A DNA stretch of 64,000 nucleotides from an uncultured virus (IMG/VR IMGVR_UViG_3300042549_004140) (Duplodnaviria; Heunggongvirae; Uroviricota; Caudoviricetes), in IMG/VR virus record IMGVR_UViG_3300042549_004140; one strand, given 5' to 3'. This document shows positions 50,201-61,327 of the stretch, in pieces. A program made the translations under genes and the position numbers. Numbering within the stretch: position 1 is the stretch's first letter; each line of letters opens with the position of its first letter. A model generated the notes under the pieces. The model was not told the origin of the DNA, ran no database searches, and worked only from the letters and a program-made list of their open reading frames with translations.

Positions 50201-52674
50201 ACATTGGTGACACTGGTGCGCAAGGAACAACTGGTACGCAGGGTGTTCAGGGTGTGCTAGGTTCTACAGGTATTCAGGGAACCACGGGTGCAACCGGGCC
50301 ACAGGGCACGACCGGACCGCAGGGTATTCAAGGCGGTGTCGGAACTCAAGGCACTACAGGTTCTACCGGTGTGCAAGGTCTGACCGGTTCGACCGGAAGT
50401 CAGGGAACAACGGGTACGACAGGCATACAGGGAACAACCGGCTCCACTGGCATCCAGGGAACTACGGGAGCAACCGGAAGTCAAGGTACAACTGGTACGA
50501 CCGGTGCTACAGGGTCTACTGGTATTCAGGGAGCAATTGGTTCACAAGGCACAACTGGAACAACGGGTGCCACAGGCATTCAGGGTATATCGGGAACTAA
50601 TGGTTCTCAAGGAACTACGGGAGCAACAGGTTCTACAGGTGCTACAGGTTCTCAAGGTCTTACCGGCTCTACAGGCATTCAAGGAACGACGGGGGCTACT
50701 GGTGTTCAAGGAACAACAGGCGCGACCGGGTCTCAGGGTATTACAGGCTCAACAGGAGCGACAGGTTCAACTGGTGTTCAGGGTGCCACCGGTACCACAG
50801 GCTTACAGGGTGTAACTGGCGCAACGGGAGCCACTGGTTCGCAGGGCACGACTGGAACAACTGGTAACACTGGTGCAACCGGTGCTCAAGGAGTTCAAGG
50901 TTTACTAGGTATTCAAGGCACAACTGGTGCGACCGGCGCGCAAGGAACCCTGGGAACAACTGGAGCACAGGGCACGACTGGTGCTACAGGCTCACAAGGT
51001 ATCACTGGTTCCACTGGTGCGACAGGTTCTACTGGTATTCAAGGAACAACAGGCGCAACTGGCTCACAAGGAACTACAGGCGCGACTGGAACAACAGGCG
51101 CAACTGGCTCACAAGGAACTACCGGAACTACCGGTTCTCAAGGTGTTCAGGGCACACTAGGTGCGCAAGGCACGACCGGCACTACTGGACTTCAGGGGCT
51201 AACTGGAGCTACAGGTAGTACAGGAGCCACTGGTTCGCAGGGCACGACTGGAACGCAGGGTACAACAGGTATTCAGGGAACAACAGGTTCAACTGGAGCG
51301 ACAGGTATTCAAGGAACAACTGGTACAACCGGTGCTACCGGTTCTCAAGGAACTACGGGAACAACGGGTGCTACTGGTGCTCAGGGGACTGTAGGCACAA
51401 CCGGTGCTCAGGGTACGACTGGCGCAACAGGCGCTCAGGGTATTATAGGCTCTACTGGTGCTACGGGTTCTACAGGTGCCCAGGGAACTACGGGAGCAAC
51501 TGGTTCAACAGGTGCGCAAGGTATTACTGGTACGACCGGTGCGACAGGTTCTCAGGGTACAACTGGAACTACAGGTAATACAGGAGCGACGGGCTCACAA
51601 GGTATTACTGGTTCGACCGGTATTCAGGGCTCAACAGGTGCTACTGGTATTCAAGGTTCAGTAGGTGCGCAAGGAACGACTGGCTCTACAGGTATTCAAG
51701 GTGCCACAGGCATACAGGGAACCACGGGAACCACTGGTGCCCAAGGAACCACGGGAGCAACCGGCGCGCAGGGCACCACAGGGGCCACCGGAACTCAAGG
51801 TATTACAGGTTCTACAGGTATTCAGGGAACCACGGGTGCGACGGGGTCTCAGGGTGTTACGGGCTCTACAGGTACTCAGGGTATTACGGGTACGGGAATT
51901 CAGGGTACTACTGGTGCACAAGGGACAACTGGAGCAACGTATTCACTTCCGACAGCAACCTCCACAACACTAGGAGGAATTGAGCTATTTTCCGATACAA
52001 CACAGTCTGTTGCAGCCAGTGCAGTCACTTCCACTGCATCAAGAACATACGGAATACAGTTAAACGCAACAGGTCAAGCAGTTGTCAACGTCCCATGGGT
52101 AGATACTGACACTAACACCTTTCCAACCACTTGGGCGTGGACTTCCGGAGCGGGGTCTGGTCCTACTGCTAATATTACTGGCACATCAGCCACTATCTCA
52201 GTAGCAGCAATTCCTTCGGCATCAAATACAGCGTCTGGAATCGTGACTACAGCTGCACAAACGTTTGCCGGAACTAAAACTTTTACCAGCAACATTTATG
52301 CAAATGACTCAGGTTGGATAACTACATCTTCTGCAGGTGTTCCTCTTACCGCATCAACTGGCTGGTCGCTCACTAGCTTCAGTGTCCGTCGCTTAAACGG
52401 CATGGTTAATGGAATCATTACAGTTAGCCGTACTGGTGCAAACATTACAGTACCTGCCACAGGTAACATTACTAACTCACAGATTGCATTTTTCTCAAGC
52501 GGTTGGTATGGCTCAACCGCCGCAAGCGGAATGGTTCTCACAAACGGTTCTGGTCCACTAATTGGTGGCTTTGTAGATGTTAGCGGAAATATTACTATTA
52601 GTGCGGCATCCTCTGGTGCAACAATCTCAACTGGAGATACTTTTAGCTTTACCATCTGGGAGATGCTGGATTAG
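47242..52674 (+). CDS. Collagen-like (Gly-X-Y) fibre protein, 1810 aa
   Basis: Long G-X-(T/Q) triplet blocks separated by globular inserts; C-terminal beta-rich tip. Confidence 0.9.
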   Translation: MAVEFEDTNRKVIINQRDQNKVIVQDVINKVEVGIGGPQGQEGAQGTQGVQGTKGNQGATGTQGAVGTQGILGTTGAQGVIGSTGAQGTTGIQGSQGVTGSTGVQGAAGQTGSQGTVGAQGVTGTQGTTGSQGITGVQGQIGSQGNTGDTGAQGVTGSTGVQGVTGSTGLQGVTGAQGTTGTTGSQGTTGFVGSQGITGSQGTTGATGSQGVTGTTGSTGVQGVTGSQGITGDVGAQGTTGSTGVQGAVGTTGAQGVVGSQGTTGIQGFNGAQGTTGIQGNTGIQGTQGTTGTQGTTGPTGDTGLPGETGPQGATGQGFDFRGPYTPGATYNEYFVVTYNGSTYICRDNGVVNVVPGSSPAWDLFTEKGSTGAQGTTGAQGTLGETGAQGITGATGNTGSQGTTGTTGSTGIQGTTGTQGLTGDVGSQGVTGSTGVQGALGTTGAQGAVGSTGIQGITGTTGAQGTIGTTGAQGTTGAQGTTGTTGDTGIQGAVGTTGSTGAQGTTGTQGTVGATGAQGTIGSTGIQGITGGTGSQGVQGIQGLSIQGLQGVDGTPGAGGSQGYYGSFFDTTDQRIVTPSVAQAVTINSVYPNGYSGISVLDGSEITIANPGTYTMTVIARVSNDANSVQEATFWLKLNNNDYPNSATTVTLQPRKSSSEPSFQLMTLTFTGTSTSANDYVQIYWHGTNTSLSLEHSAAGTSPTHPVTPSVIVSITQVMYTQLGPQGTTGTQGLTGVQGTTGVTGTQGTTGTTGSQGTIGSQGTIGATGAQGTTGSTGIQGAVGSTGSQGTIGSQGTSGTNGAQGTIGATGSQGTTGSTGETGTQGTTGTQGVTGTQGTTGTTGAQGTTGTQGTTGVQGLTGSFGGATFEYEFDNGTTDPATLDTGTFRLNNADPTLANVMYISFNDDLGVNIYNFLQTIDDSTSQIKGTFKATKKTDTNEFAFFNITGSHVHDDDHFNVPISFVSGNTFTPADTEVFYLTFQRTGDIGDTGAQGTTGTQGVQGVLGSTGIQGTTGATGPQGTTGPQGIQGGVGTQGTTGSTGVQGLTGSTGSQGTTGTTGIQGTTGSTGIQGTTGATGSQGTTGTTGATGSTGIQGAIGSQGTTGTTGATGIQGISGTNGSQGTTGATGSTGATGSQGLTGSTGIQGTTGATGVQGTTGATGSQGITGSTGATGSTGVQGATGTTGLQGVTGATGATGSQGTTGTTGNTGATGAQGVQGLLGIQGTTGATGAQGTLGTTGAQGTTGATGSQGITGSTGATGSTGIQGTTGATGSQGTTGATGTTGATGSQGTTGTTGSQGVQGTLGAQGTTGTTGLQGLTGATGSTGATGSQGTTGTQGTTGIQGTTGSTGATGIQGTTGTTGATGSQGTTGTTGATGAQGTVGTTGAQGTTGATGAQGIIGSTGATGSTGAQGTTGATGSTGAQGITGTTGATGSQGTTGTTGNTGATGSQGITGSTGIQGSTGATGIQGSVGAQGTTGSTGIQGATGIQGTTGTTGAQGTTGATGAQGTTGATGTQGITGSTGIQGTTGATGSQGVTGSTGTQGITGTGIQGTTGAQGTTGATYSLPTATSTTLGGIELFSDTTQSVAASAVTSTASRTYGIQLNATGQAVVNVPWVDTDTNTFPTTWAWTSGAGSGPTANITGTSATISVAAIPSASNTASGIVTTAAQTFAGTKTFTSNIYANDSGWITTSSAGVPLTASTGWSLTSFSVRRLNGMVNGIITVSRTGANITVPATGNITNSQIAFFSSGWYGSTAASGMVLTNGSGPLIGGFVDVSGNITISAASSGATISTGDTFSFTIWEMLD

Positions 52675-52683
52675 GTAAACTAA

Positions 52684-53256
52684 CTAGACGTCTAGTCTAT
52701 CTAAATTATCTTTAGAGGCTTTTCTATAAATCTCCGGGCAATCCTTGTCGGCAGCAAGTTTTCTAAGTGCAGCCAAGCTTTCTGACTTACGGCCAATCCA
52801 CCACGCGGCAACCGCTTTTTGGAATGTTGCCGAATACCAGTCGTAATAGCCGACACTCACAGGCAATTCAAACACCTGTCTGTTGTGCGTTAGCGAAAGG
52901 CTAGCAAACGTGTAGCTCTCCTGCCATTGACCAGCAAGTTCATAAAAAACAGATAATGCCCAGTAAGCTTCCGGACGAGTAGGTAGATACTCCACGGCCT
53001 GAAGTAGGCTATTGCTAACGGTAAGCCCACGACCCGTCTGCCTATCAATACAAGATGCGACTTTGACAAGAGCCGCATACGTCAAGTCCATGTGAGTCTT
53101 GTATCCGTACTCAGCCGCACGCAGATAGAAACTGACAGCAGATGCAGTTTGACCGAGCTTTTCATACTCCACTGCCAAAGCAAGATTTTTTTCAGGATTG
53201 TAGGAGTCTTTAGATAGCTCTACCGTTAGAAATTCGATTCTTTTATTTGGATTCAT
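52684..53256 (-). CDS. TPR-like helical repeat protein
   Basis: LAVEYEKLGQTASAVSFYLRAAE, PTRPEAYWALS..YE, AVAAWWIG. Confidence 0.7.
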   Translation of the reverse strand: MNPNKRIEFLTVELSKDSYNPEKNLALAVEYEKLGQTASAVSFYLRAAEYGYKTHMDLTYAALVKVASCIDRQTGRGLTVSNSLLQAVEYLPTRPEAYWALSVFYELAGQWQESYTFASLSLTHNRQVFELPVSVGYYDWYSATFQKAVAAWWIGRKSESLAALRKLAADKDCPEIYRKASKDNLDRLDV

Positions 53257-54262
53257 ACTCTAAGGCCTCGCTAACTAAGTCATCAACCACACTAGATGGC
53301 ATTCTTAGGACAAAAGCGGCATTGTCTTGAAATCCAAAACTAACAAGCAAGTCGCCTTTATAGATTGCAGCGCCAGCAACAAACTCAATATCTCCCCCAA
53401 GAAAGACAAGCGGCATCTGAGACATGCCAATCAGCTTAAAGTCTTGATCCCAGACAACCAACCTATGCCTGTAGATGCCATCCTTTTGGTTTAGGTAGTT
53501 TCTTTCTAGGTCCACTTCATGCGTGAAAGCAATGTAGTAATCCCCCCACCTAACCACATGAGAACCGCCACGCTGGTCTTTTTCTGGAGCAAAAGATTCA
53601 ACTAGAGCAACCTGGGCACAACCGGCCGGCTCTTCTGGCCAAGTACGCACAACTTCAGTCGGTGACGTCCACTTTACAAAGTGGAAAGGCTTATCAAGAA
53701 TCGGCATCCAGTTTTTCTCGCAGTACGAGTTGTCTTCTCCAGGGGCAGGAATGCGTAGACGGGACACTTCTTTAACTGTCCAAGCATCTTCGTCGATCTC
53801 AATCTCGCTCAGTTCCATGCGACCCTGGCCATTAGTAGTTGTATCGCGCCGAACTCCGATTGCGTACCATCTGCCTTCCCACTTAACTAGGCGGCAGTCT
53901 TCTTCCCCAGCAAACTCCCAGAGAGGCGGAACGTCAAGTTTAGAAGTGTCAATGAGACCGAAGTCGGCCATTGAGAGATTCTCATCTAACTTACAGATGT
54001 AGTTAGTAGTACGTAGGTTCTGATCCGCTTCCGGATGCAGGTAAGCAAGTGGACCCCATCGACTAGGGAATCGCTGGTCATTTTCAGAATGATAGAGAGT
54101 GTAGTTAACGTGACGCAGGTTTACGTAGATTTCATCCTCGTCGGTAACAAAGACCGAAGGATTCATAAGTCCAGTCCCAGCGGTCAACCCCTGAGAAATA
54201 ACAAGAGGACTAAGTTGCCCGCCACTGGCTACAGATTTTTGCACAAGATTGTTGTTCGTCAT
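53243..54262 (-). CDS. Beta-propeller glycosidase-like protein
   Basis: MNPSV, EDCRL, EKNWMP, RGGS, HE, IEFVAG, SFGFQD. Confidence 0.75.
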   Translation of the reverse strand: MTNNNLVQKSVASGGQLSPLVISQGLTAGTGLMNPSVFVTDEDEIYVNLRHVNYTLYHSENDQRFPSRWGPLAYLHPEADQNLRTTNYICKLDENLSMADFGLIDTSKLDVPPLWEFAGEEDCRLVKWEGRWYAIGVRRDTTTNGQGRMELSEIEIDEDAWTVKEVSRLRIPAPGEDNSYCEKNWMPILDKPFHFVKWTSPTEVVRTWPEEPAGCAQVALVESFAPEKDQRGGSHVVRWGDYYIAFTHEVDLERNYLNQKDGIYRHRLVVWDQDFKLIGMSQMPLVFLGGDIEFVAGAAIYKGDLLVSFGFQDNAAFVLRMPSSVVDDLVSEALEYESK

Positions 54263-54325
54263 TAGACCAATTCTAGCACTTTTGCTAGGCCTTAGTGTAG
54301 ACTTATTCAAAGTGATAGGAACATA

Positions 54326-54589
54326 ATGACAACTAATAATCAAAAACTTTACCGCGTTGACTGGAAGCAATCGACCGACATAATCCCAGGGCAGTTCTTT
54401 GACGAGTACTCGTACGTCGCAGCTAAGTCAGAAACAGAGGCAATCAAAGACCTCTATGGAACTGATTTCAAAGTCAGGGAAGCGACGATTGAAGAGATGG
54501 AAGCCTACGTTCGAGGATATGAGGACGGCTATGACTCAGGCATCCTAACTGAGAGAATCAGAATTGCAGAAACCTCCGAAGAGGTCTAA
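54326..54589 (+). CDS. Hypothetical protein
   Basis: AGGA RBS. Confidence 0.65.
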   Translation: MTTNNQKLYRVDWKQSTDIIPGQFFDEYSYVAAKSETEAIKDLYGTDFKVREATIEEMEAYVRGYEDGYDSGILTERIRIAETSEEV

Positions 54590-54591
54590 AG

Positions 54592-55134
54592 GTGATTATT
54601 GGACTAAGCGGATACGCGCGCTCAGGCAAAGACACTATTGCTGATTATCTAGTCGAGCATCACGGATTTATCAAACTATCATTTGCTGCTCCGATGCGCG
54701 AAGCACTCTACAAACTAAACCCAGAGATTACGGATATGACTGGATTAGTTTATGGTTTTAGACAGGCCGTAAATCTATTTGGCTGGGACGATATGAAGAC
54801 ATACTTCCCCACCTACCGAGGGCTCATGCAACGTATGGGCACGGAGGTTGGCCGAGAGATGTTTGGCGAAAACTTTTGGGTGGAGCAGGCATTGAAGCAG
54901 GTAACCGAAGGGTCTAACTTCGTATTGTCTGACGTTAGATATCAAAACGAGGCCAACTCGGTTCAAGCAGTCGGCGGAGAGGTTTGGAGAGTAGAGCGCC
55001 CAGGGGTAAAAGCTGCCAACGACCACACCTCTGAGCACGACCTAGACGACTACAAGTTTGATCACCGCATTATGAACTATGGGCCCGTAGAGGATCTCTA
55101 TCAAACAGTAACAACTATTCTTACTGACCTATAA
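54592..55134 (+). CDS. Deoxynucleoside monophosphate kinase
   Basis: IIGLSGYARSGKDT, FAAP, RGLMQRMGTEVGR, SDVRY.NE, H.SE. Confidence 0.92.
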   Translation: MIIGLSGYARSGKDTIADYLVEHHGFIKLSFAAPMREALYKLNPEITDMTGLVYGFRQAVNLFGWDDMKTYFPTYRGLMQRMGTEVGREMFGENFWVEQALKQVTEGSNFVLSDVRYQNEANSVQAVGGEVWRVERPGVKAANDHTSEHDLDDYKFDHRIMNYGPVEDLYQTVTTILTDL

Positions 55135-55141
55135 TTAATAC

Positions 55142-55795
55142 GTGGACATAGAACCTACAGACTTAGCAATACTTTACGCACGCGTATCTACCCAACTACA
55201 GGTAAACGACGGCGTATCCCTTGACGTCCAAGAACGTCAACTGCAGCAGGCAGCCGAGATGGCTGGCTACACAAACATTGAACTTGTCCGAGAAGAAGGC
55301 CGCTCTGGAAAAAATATTAGCGGACGTCCAGCACTTACAGACGCACTAAAAAGATTAGATGCCGGAGAAGCTAAAGCACTATTTGTTACCCGCATTGATC
55401 GTCTAGCTCGCTCAACACAAGACTTCCTTAGCGTTGTAGACCGAGCCAACAAGAACGGTTGGCGTCTTGTGATGCTAGATCTAAACCTAGACACTTCTAG
55501 TTACCAAGGTCGCTTCGTAGTCACAATCATGTCAGCCCTAGCTGAGATGGAACGTGGGATCATTGCCGAGCGTCAGAAGGACGTACACAAAGACCGACGT
55601 GCACGCGGGGTAGTCTGGGGGGTTGACATGGGACCAAAGAATAAGACCCCAGAAGAGATCAAACAGCGCGTTACTGCTGAACGATCTTCCGGGGCCTCAT
55701 ACCGCAAGATTGCAGACGGACTAAACCGAGATCAAGTGCCTACTCAGAATGGTCGTCAGTGGTATCCGACAACTGTTCGGAATCTTTTACTTTAG
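55142..55795 (+). CDS. Serine recombinase (resolvase catalytic domain plus short recombinase-type DNA-binding domain)
   Basis: YARVST, SGKN..GRPAL, VTRIDRLARS, ALAEMER..I.ER. Confidence 0.93.
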   Translation: MDIEPTDLAILYARVSTQLQVNDGVSLDVQERQLQQAAEMAGYTNIELVREEGRSGKNISGRPALTDALKRLDAGEAKALFVTRIDRLARSTQDFLSVVDRANKNGWRLVMLDLNLDTSSYQGRFVVTIMSALAEMERGIIAERQKDVHKDRRARGVVWGVDMGPKNKTPEEIKQRVTAERSSGASYRKIADGLNRDQVPTQNGRQWYPTTVRNLLL

Positions 55796-56531
55796 TAGAC
55801 ATCTCATGTCTAAGCTGGACATCTTGAGCAAACCGACCACTGAACTGATAGTCACCGGCGTGGACCACATTTACCCACGGAGCGGCATAAACTTTACCGC
55901 CCATCTCGCGCCATTTACGGCAGAAGTGGTAGTCCTCGGATAGCAAAATCCCATCCTCTGTAATACTGGTAGCAAAGAACTCGGTAACCATCCGATCAAA
56001 GTCAAACTGACCGTTGGAACCATTCAAAGCATACTTAGGACAGAGCGGCTCCATCTCTTCAAACACACTTCGCTTAATCAACATTAGACCGGTAGCAACT
56101 TCTGTAACCTCAACCGGCTCATTCAGTTTAATGGTAGATGTTCCAGGAAGAAGATTCATTGCAAAAATACCAGAGTAGTCAGCTAGGTTTTCTTTCCCAG
56201 CCAGCGCAGCGGCACGGACACCGTCCCAGTTAATGTTTTTCATAGGATAAATCCCACCAATAACATCGGCCTCAATTTCAATCATTGCCACGACATCTGC
56301 AACATTAAAGCCCTCATCGGCATCGATAAAGAAGAGGTAGTCAGCGTCACTGTCTAAAAACTCCTTGACCAGATTATTTCTGGCCCTTGTGATAAGACTC
56401 TCATTGTAGATTTTAGAGAATGATATCTGATAACCTTTTCGAGCAAGCTCAAAGGTAAGGTTGATAACGCTGTCCATGTAGATGCCTTTACAGTTCCCAC
56501 CGTACATAGGTGTTGCAATGCGTATATGCAT
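55740..56531 (-). CDS. Glycosyltransferase-like (GT-A) protein
   Basis: IATPMYGG, ESLITRARN, FFIDAD, TGLMLIKR.VFE, LSEDYHFC..WR..GG. Confidence 0.8.
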   Translation of the reverse strand: MHIRIATPMYGGNCKGIYMDSVINLTFELARKGYQISFSKIYNESLITRARNNLVKEFLDSDADYLFFIDADEGFNVADVVAMIEIEADVIGGIYPMKNINWDGVRAAALAGKENLADYSGIFAMNLLPGTSTIKLNEPVEVTEVATGLMLIKRSVFEEMEPLCPKYALNGSNGQFDFDRMVTEFFATSITEDGILLSEDYHFCRKWREMGGKVYAAPWVNVVHAGDYQFSGRFAQDVQLRHEMSTKVKDSEQLSDTTDDHSE

Positions 56532-56655
56532 AAAAATCCTAACTAAAAAGAAGGGGCCGGGAAGGGAGACTACCCGGCCCCATTGTGCCTCTCTCCCAAG
56601 GAGCACAATCACATTCTATCGCACAATCGATAGAAAGTGTTAAATATTTACTTTT

Positions 56656-59280
56656 TTAGTTAGCGAGTCTGCTAGCCAAGTTCCAGTCGATACCATTCGA
56701 CTCAACAGCACGAGGAGCCATCACATACTCTTTCAGCTCAGCGCGAGAGCCCTGACCCATAATGGTTAGACCTCGGTCAGATAGCTTACGGTGGAATGCA
56801 ATCTGAGTCATAGGACGCTCACCACGTTCATCAGACCAAACTCGATACACCGCATAGACTTCTTTAACTCGAGTAGTCGCACCCTCAACCTGCTTCATTT
56901 CTTCGTTCAAGAACATACCAAGACGGTCTTCGTTCTTGCGGTACATGTCAGCAGCTTCAGCTACGGCAGTACACCAACCTAGAGGATCACGGGCAGAAGA
57001 ACCTAGATACTTGATCGCGCCCTCAACGGCCCAAGCAAGCACGGCTGGCAGACCACCTTCAGGGTCAAACAAGTATGCCTTCAGGTCTGGATCGGAAGAT
57101 TCAGGAACCTTGCTCCATGGAATCGGACGAATACGACGCCACATAGCATCATCAGTGATCATAGGGCGGTGGTTAGTGGTAACCCACAGCTTAGCCTGGG
57201 CCTTGAATGTAAACGGCTTCTCGCCAGGCGAACGCGCCGAGATTTCAGATGAACCAGTCAACTTCTTAATAGAGTTTTCCTTGATGCGCTCAGACTCTGG
57301 CAACTCGTCAACCCAAACCATACGCTTACCACGAAGTTCGGCCCAGTGATATAGGTCGGTGCTGCTGGTAGCTCCACCATTGTCAGCAAGGATGCTTGAA
57401 TCCAGCGGCCACGAATACTGCTGAGTTCCGAGAGCCTTAACGATTGCTTCAACAAATGTGTTCTTACCAGAGCCCGGAGGACCGTAGACCAAGAACATAA
57501 GGTCCTGATTATTTAGACCGGTGAGTGTGTAGCCAACAGCGCGCTGAATCCAATCCTGAAGCTCTTTGTCAGCACCGGTAGCAAAGTCTAGGAACTGCTC
57601 CCAGCGGACATTACGCATTCCAGGGGTATAGGCAACAGGGGTGCGCTTCGTGATATGCAAGTCTGGACGTCCACGCAAAAGCTCACCGGTGCGTAGGTTA
57701 ATAACACCATTGGCCACACCAAGAAGATACTCGTCGCCGTCCCATTCTTCTACAGGGACCACAACACGAGGGTCGGAGTTTGCGCTTTCGATTGCAGAGT
57801 TCAGGCGTGAGTTTGACTTAGCCTGATTAGCCCACTTCAAGACTTCATTCTTTTTATCTTGGTCGTCGTATTTGGCAACCTCAGTGGCAATAATAGTTGG
57901 AACACGCTTAGCAACCTCACGCATACCGAGGTCCTCGGCATCTGGACGCCAGTAGCTGCCGTCCCAGATAAACCAACCGATACCTGGAGTGTATCGAATT
58001 GAGGACCCAAACGAGTCTACGATTCGACGACCGTTACCGATATCAGAGAGCGAACGCCTACCAGGCGAGCCACCCTCATGCTCAGAGATAGCGTCTGGGT
58101 CCTTGGGAACGTCAACGTTACCACTGCTGAACGCATCGGCAATTGAAACACCGCTGTGGGCGGCGTCGGCCATAGCCGCGCCAATAGTGCCGTACACAAC
58201 TTCGGAGTGGCGTTCGTTGCCTTCGGAATCTTTAACCTTAGGGGCTGGATTAGATGGGGTAGATCTGGTCTCCTCTTGGTTACGCTTAGCCCAATCCTGA
58301 GCACCCGGCCAAATCAAATCGCCAACTGGGTTATTAGCAACAAAATCAATAGCACGTCGAACGTGCATCAGTAGGCCACCCTGGCCCTCAAGCTCTAGCG
58401 GTGGACGAACCTTCTCGTGGTTGAAGCGAATCATAAGAGTCTCTACTGCAAGCTTTCCAGCCTCAGAGTCCACGCCCATCTTGTTCGCAATTGCACATGC
58501 TAGCTTGTAGATGTCTACAGCACGAGAGCCTTCTTCAATACCTTCTTCAAGAAACTTGTTAATATCAACGCGCTCGTCGCCAGAGTTCAGATCCCCGAGC
58601 CAGCTCCAGTCACCTTGACCAAGGCTTGTCCCACCACGGCCACGGCTGCTACGCTTACGGATTGCATTTAAAAGTTCTTCGGGGGCCTCAGCCATACGCA
58701 TTTCCCATGGAGATTGTCCAGGTGCCCAGTCATATGTAACACCAGACCCGTGACGAGACGGCGACACCATAACGTAGCCGTTGTACTTAATGTCGATACC
58801 GTTCAAACCATAAGACTTTAGGTTTCCCATAAACTGGTCGCCGTCTTCGACCCTGAAGTACAGGTGACGTCCACGGTTTTGAGAACCCTGATAGCTATAC
58901 AAACCAGTCAGCGCTTCTACAGTCTTTGGAAGAGTTATCCCAAGTAGCTCTTCAAACTTCTCAAACGACTCGATACCGCCAGAGCGCGGGTCAATGTCGA
59001 CAACGATAAATCCAGAACCCTGGCAGTAAACACCAATGTTGTTTTCAGGATTGCGATCCCACCAAGACTCTACGATTTCTATCTCATCCGTAGCGCGGTT
59101 ATTCCAATCGCCAATCTGGGGGTGCTTACCAATGTCCTTTGGCTCAGCGTGCTGACCATTACAGGTACAGCGACCTCCATCTGTAATACCGAAGCAAGGG
59201 AGAATCTTCCATCCCTGCTTGGCGTACCAAACAGACCCTTTTGCTAGTCGTTCAGCGTGCGTCGTTTTGGGAGATGACAT
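56656..59280 (-). CDS. Bifunctional primase-polymerase / D5-like SF3 helicase
   Basis: GKHP, NIG, VVDIDPR, GRHLYF, YVMVSPS.H.SG; YGPPGSGKNT, WVDE, KKLTG, TNHRP, D.AMWRR. Confidence 0.93.
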   Translation of the reverse strand: MSSPKTTHAERLAKGSVWYAKQGWKILPCFGITDGGRCTCNGQHAEPKDIGKHPQIGDWNNRATDEIEIVESWWDRNPENNIGVYCQGSGFIVVDIDPRSGGIESFEKFEELLGITLPKTVEALTGLYSYQGSQNRGRHLYFRVEDGDQFMGNLKSYGLNGIDIKYNGYVMVSPSRHGSGVTYDWAPGQSPWEMRMAEAPEELLNAIRKRSSRGRGGTSLGQGDWSWLGDLNSGDERVDINKFLEEGIEEGSRAVDIYKLACAIANKMGVDSEAGKLAVETLMIRFNHEKVRPPLELEGQGGLLMHVRRAIDFVANNPVGDLIWPGAQDWAKRNQEETRSTPSNPAPKVKDSEGNERHSEVVYGTIGAAMADAAHSGVSIADAFSSGNVDVPKDPDAISEHEGGSPGRRSLSDIGNGRRIVDSFGSSIRYTPGIGWFIWDGSYWRPDAEDLGMREVAKRVPTIIATEVAKYDDQDKKNEVLKWANQAKSNSRLNSAIESANSDPRVVVPVEEWDGDEYLLGVANGVINLRTGELLRGRPDLHITKRTPVAYTPGMRNVRWEQFLDFATGADKELQDWIQRAVGYTLTGLNNQDLMFLVYGPPGSGKNTFVEAIVKALGTQQYSWPLDSSILADNGGATSSTDLYHWAELRGKRMVWVDELPESERIKENSIKKLTGSSEISARSPGEKPFTFKAQAKLWVTTNHRPMITDDAMWRRIRPIPWSKVPESSDPDLKAYLFDPEGGLPAVLAWAVEGAIKYLGSSARDPLGWCTAVAEAADMYRKNEDRLGMFLNEEMKQVEGATTRVKEVYAVYRVWSDERGERPMTQIAFHRKLSDRGLTIMGQGSRAELKEYVMAPRAVESNGIDWNLASRLAN

Positions 59281-59456
59281 ACGTATAAACCTTTCTGTAG
59301 TGTTATCAAAGACGATAATACACCCTAGGCGCTAAAAATCAAAATTGAATACAGCATCTGAGTGTCTTGAAGTGTAGCACGCCTAGGGCTAATCACTAAG
59401 TACAGGCTGTTGTACAATTATACATAGCCCGTGAAAACCCCATTGGATTCCCTATC

Positions 59457-59789
59457 ATGCCACTTGAGCTCATCTTTACAGTATCAGCTGTAGTCACCGC
59501 CATCGGCGTTATCGTCGGTGGCATTGTTGCAATCTACAGAATAGCACAGACTATTAGCAAATCTATTGGATTGGATGCAAAAGGTAGAACCATTTCTGAA
59601 CGACTAGACCGGGTAGAGCACCAACTCTGGGAAAACGGCGGTAGCTCTCTAGCCGACAGAGTCAATACAATTGAAGAGCATGCAATCAAAACAAGCACTG
59701 AATTAGAAATCATAAAAAACTTCTTAATCCCAGCTCAAACTAGTACAATACAACCAGCTAGAAAAACTAGAGCAAAAAAAGCTAGTTAA
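59457..59789 (+). CDS. Membrane protein (N-terminal TM, NGGSSL.D motif)
   Basis: TM helix plus a coiled segment typical of actinophage lysis-region proteins. Confidence 0.65.
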   Translation: MPLELIFTVSAVVTAIGVIVGGIVAIYRIAQTISKSIGLDAKGRTISERLDRVEHQLWENGGSSLADRVNTIEEHAIKTSTELEIIKNFLIPAQTSTIQPARKTRAKKAS

Positions 59790-59860
59790 TTCTTAGCAAA
59801 ATGGCGTTTTATACGCTAAGATGATTTAAAGACACAAATGACGAATGAAGGAGTTACAAC

Positions 59861-60127
59861 ATGTCACTGTCCGACAAGCTTCAAAAAGCTACTCAAATGG
59901 CAAAAGTATCGCTATGTAAAGTTGGCATATTGCTGTCTACCGACATACTTAATCCAAAAGATAAAGAACAGCTAGCAGCAATTCTAGCGGTCTCGATGGG
60001 TGACCCTAAACGAGTACCGAACTCTATGTTGGCAAAAGTCCTCCGAGAAGAGGGTCACGACATCTCAAATAGCGCAGTAGACCGCCACCGTCGCGGAGAC
60101 TGCAGCTGCGCCCGAAAGGTTATGTAA
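59861..60127 (+). CDS. Hypothetical protein
   Basis: AAGGAG RBS; RHRRGDCSC; coupled to the phosphoesterase gene. Confidence 0.7.
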   Translation: MSLSDKLQKATQMAKVSLCKVGILLSTDILNPKDKEQLAAILAVSMGDPKRVPNSMLAKVLREEGHDISNSAVDRHRRGDCSCARKVM

Positions 60128-61326
60128 TGGGTTTATCAGATAAACTAGAAGATTTAGCCAATCCAGGCAAATCTGGATCAGATTTCAAAGCACTTAATAC
60201 CCCAGAGAACTGGCGTTCAAAGATGGACGTCGACGACATCTCTGGAGGTTTTATCGTTTCTCAGCCTCGCCCAGCCGGCGAGCCTCAAGACGCTCGTCAG
60301 ATTCTTGAGGACTTTGACCTCAACCCTGACGACTGGAATGTCACTTCAATCCGCCGCGGTAAGTGGCAGAAGTACGACGGCGAGTACCTGGAGTCGCTGC
60401 GAGTAAACGTAGTGCCAAACCGAGTCGCATACGCGGACCGACTAGACGCCGAGAAACTAATTGACGAAATCAAGAAGTGGCGTCCAGAGCGTGGCATTAA
60501 AGTAGCCAACGGTACTGGATCATTCCTAGCCGCCCCAGCTGATCAGCAGATCGGTAAGAAGGCAGGTGGACAAGGCACTCAGCAATCGATTGACCGCATC
60601 CTAGCCCTGACTGACGCATCAGTACAAAAATTTAAAGACTACCAAAAGATGGGTCTAAATCTAGGGTCGATCACCCTAGCACTTCCAGGAGACCACGTTG
60701 AAGGTAACGTGTCACAGAATGGACGTCTACAAGGTCTAGCCGCATCAGACCTAGGCCTCACTGAGCAGGTCCGTGTTGCACGTCGACTTCTTATGGCTCA
60801 GATTAAAGCTTTCGCTCCACTAGCAGAGCGTATGGTTGTTCCGGTCATTAACGGGAACCACGACGAAGTAACACGTCAGGTTGCTGCCGATCCCGCTGAT
60901 GGCTGGAACGTCGAAATTGCTGCAGCAGTGCAAGACGCCTGCGCAGAGAACCCTGCGCTACAGCACGTAGAGTTCAGGTTCCCAGCCTCTGGTCACCAGA
61001 CTCTAGTTGTAGACATTGAAGGCACACACCTCGGGCTATTCCACGGCCACCAGGCGAACCAGAACAATGTACTGAAGTATCTATCGGGCCAGGCTGCCGG
61101 TCAGACCGCACTCGGTAACGCAGACGTCTGGGTGTCCGGACACTTCCACAACTTCCGCACAATGGATATCGGTGACCGTCTATGGTGTCAGTGCCCTACA
61201 ACGGATCCTGGCTCAGAGTGGTTCCGTGACCGTGCAGGTCTCGAGTCTAAGCCGGGTCTACTGACTATGGTACTAGGCAGAGACTTCGACCCAAGAGAGT
61301 TTATTAGCGTACTGCCAGTAAAATAG
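60127..61326 (+). CDS. Calcineurin-like metallophosphoesterase/nuclease
   Basis: DQQIG, GDHVEG, GNHD, HGH, GHFH. Confidence 0.85.
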   Translation: MGLSDKLEDLANPGKSGSDFKALNTPENWRSKMDVDDISGGFIVSQPRPAGEPQDARQILEDFDLNPDDWNVTSIRRGKWQKYDGEYLESLRVNVVPNRVAYADRLDAEKLIDEIKKWRPERGIKVANGTGSFLAAPADQQIGKKAGGQGTQQSIDRILALTDASVQKFKDYQKMGLNLGSITLALPGDHVEGNVSQNGRLQGLAASDLGLTEQVRVARRLLMAQIKAFAPLAERMVVPVINGNHDEVTRQVAADPADGWNVEIAAAVQDACAENPALQHVEFRFPASGHQTLVVDIEGTHLGLFHGHQANQNNVLKYLSGQAAGQTALGNADVWVSGHFHNFRTMDIGDRLWCQCPTTDPGSEWFRDRAGLESKPGLLTMVLGRDFDPREFISVLPVK

Positions 61327-61327
61327 T

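Noticed and set aside
47350..51940. Low-complexity 9/18-bp periodic DNA as a tandem-repeat or diversity-generating locus
   Set aside because: It is explained by Gly-X-Y coding with varied third positions; no reverse transcriptase or template/variable repeat pair was seen. Overlapping short ORFs are frame artefacts.
55142..55795. IS607-type transposon or prophage integrase
   Set aside because: No N-terminal MerR-like HTH, no adjacent tnpB, too short for a large serine integrase, and no att sites or terminal repeats were recognised.
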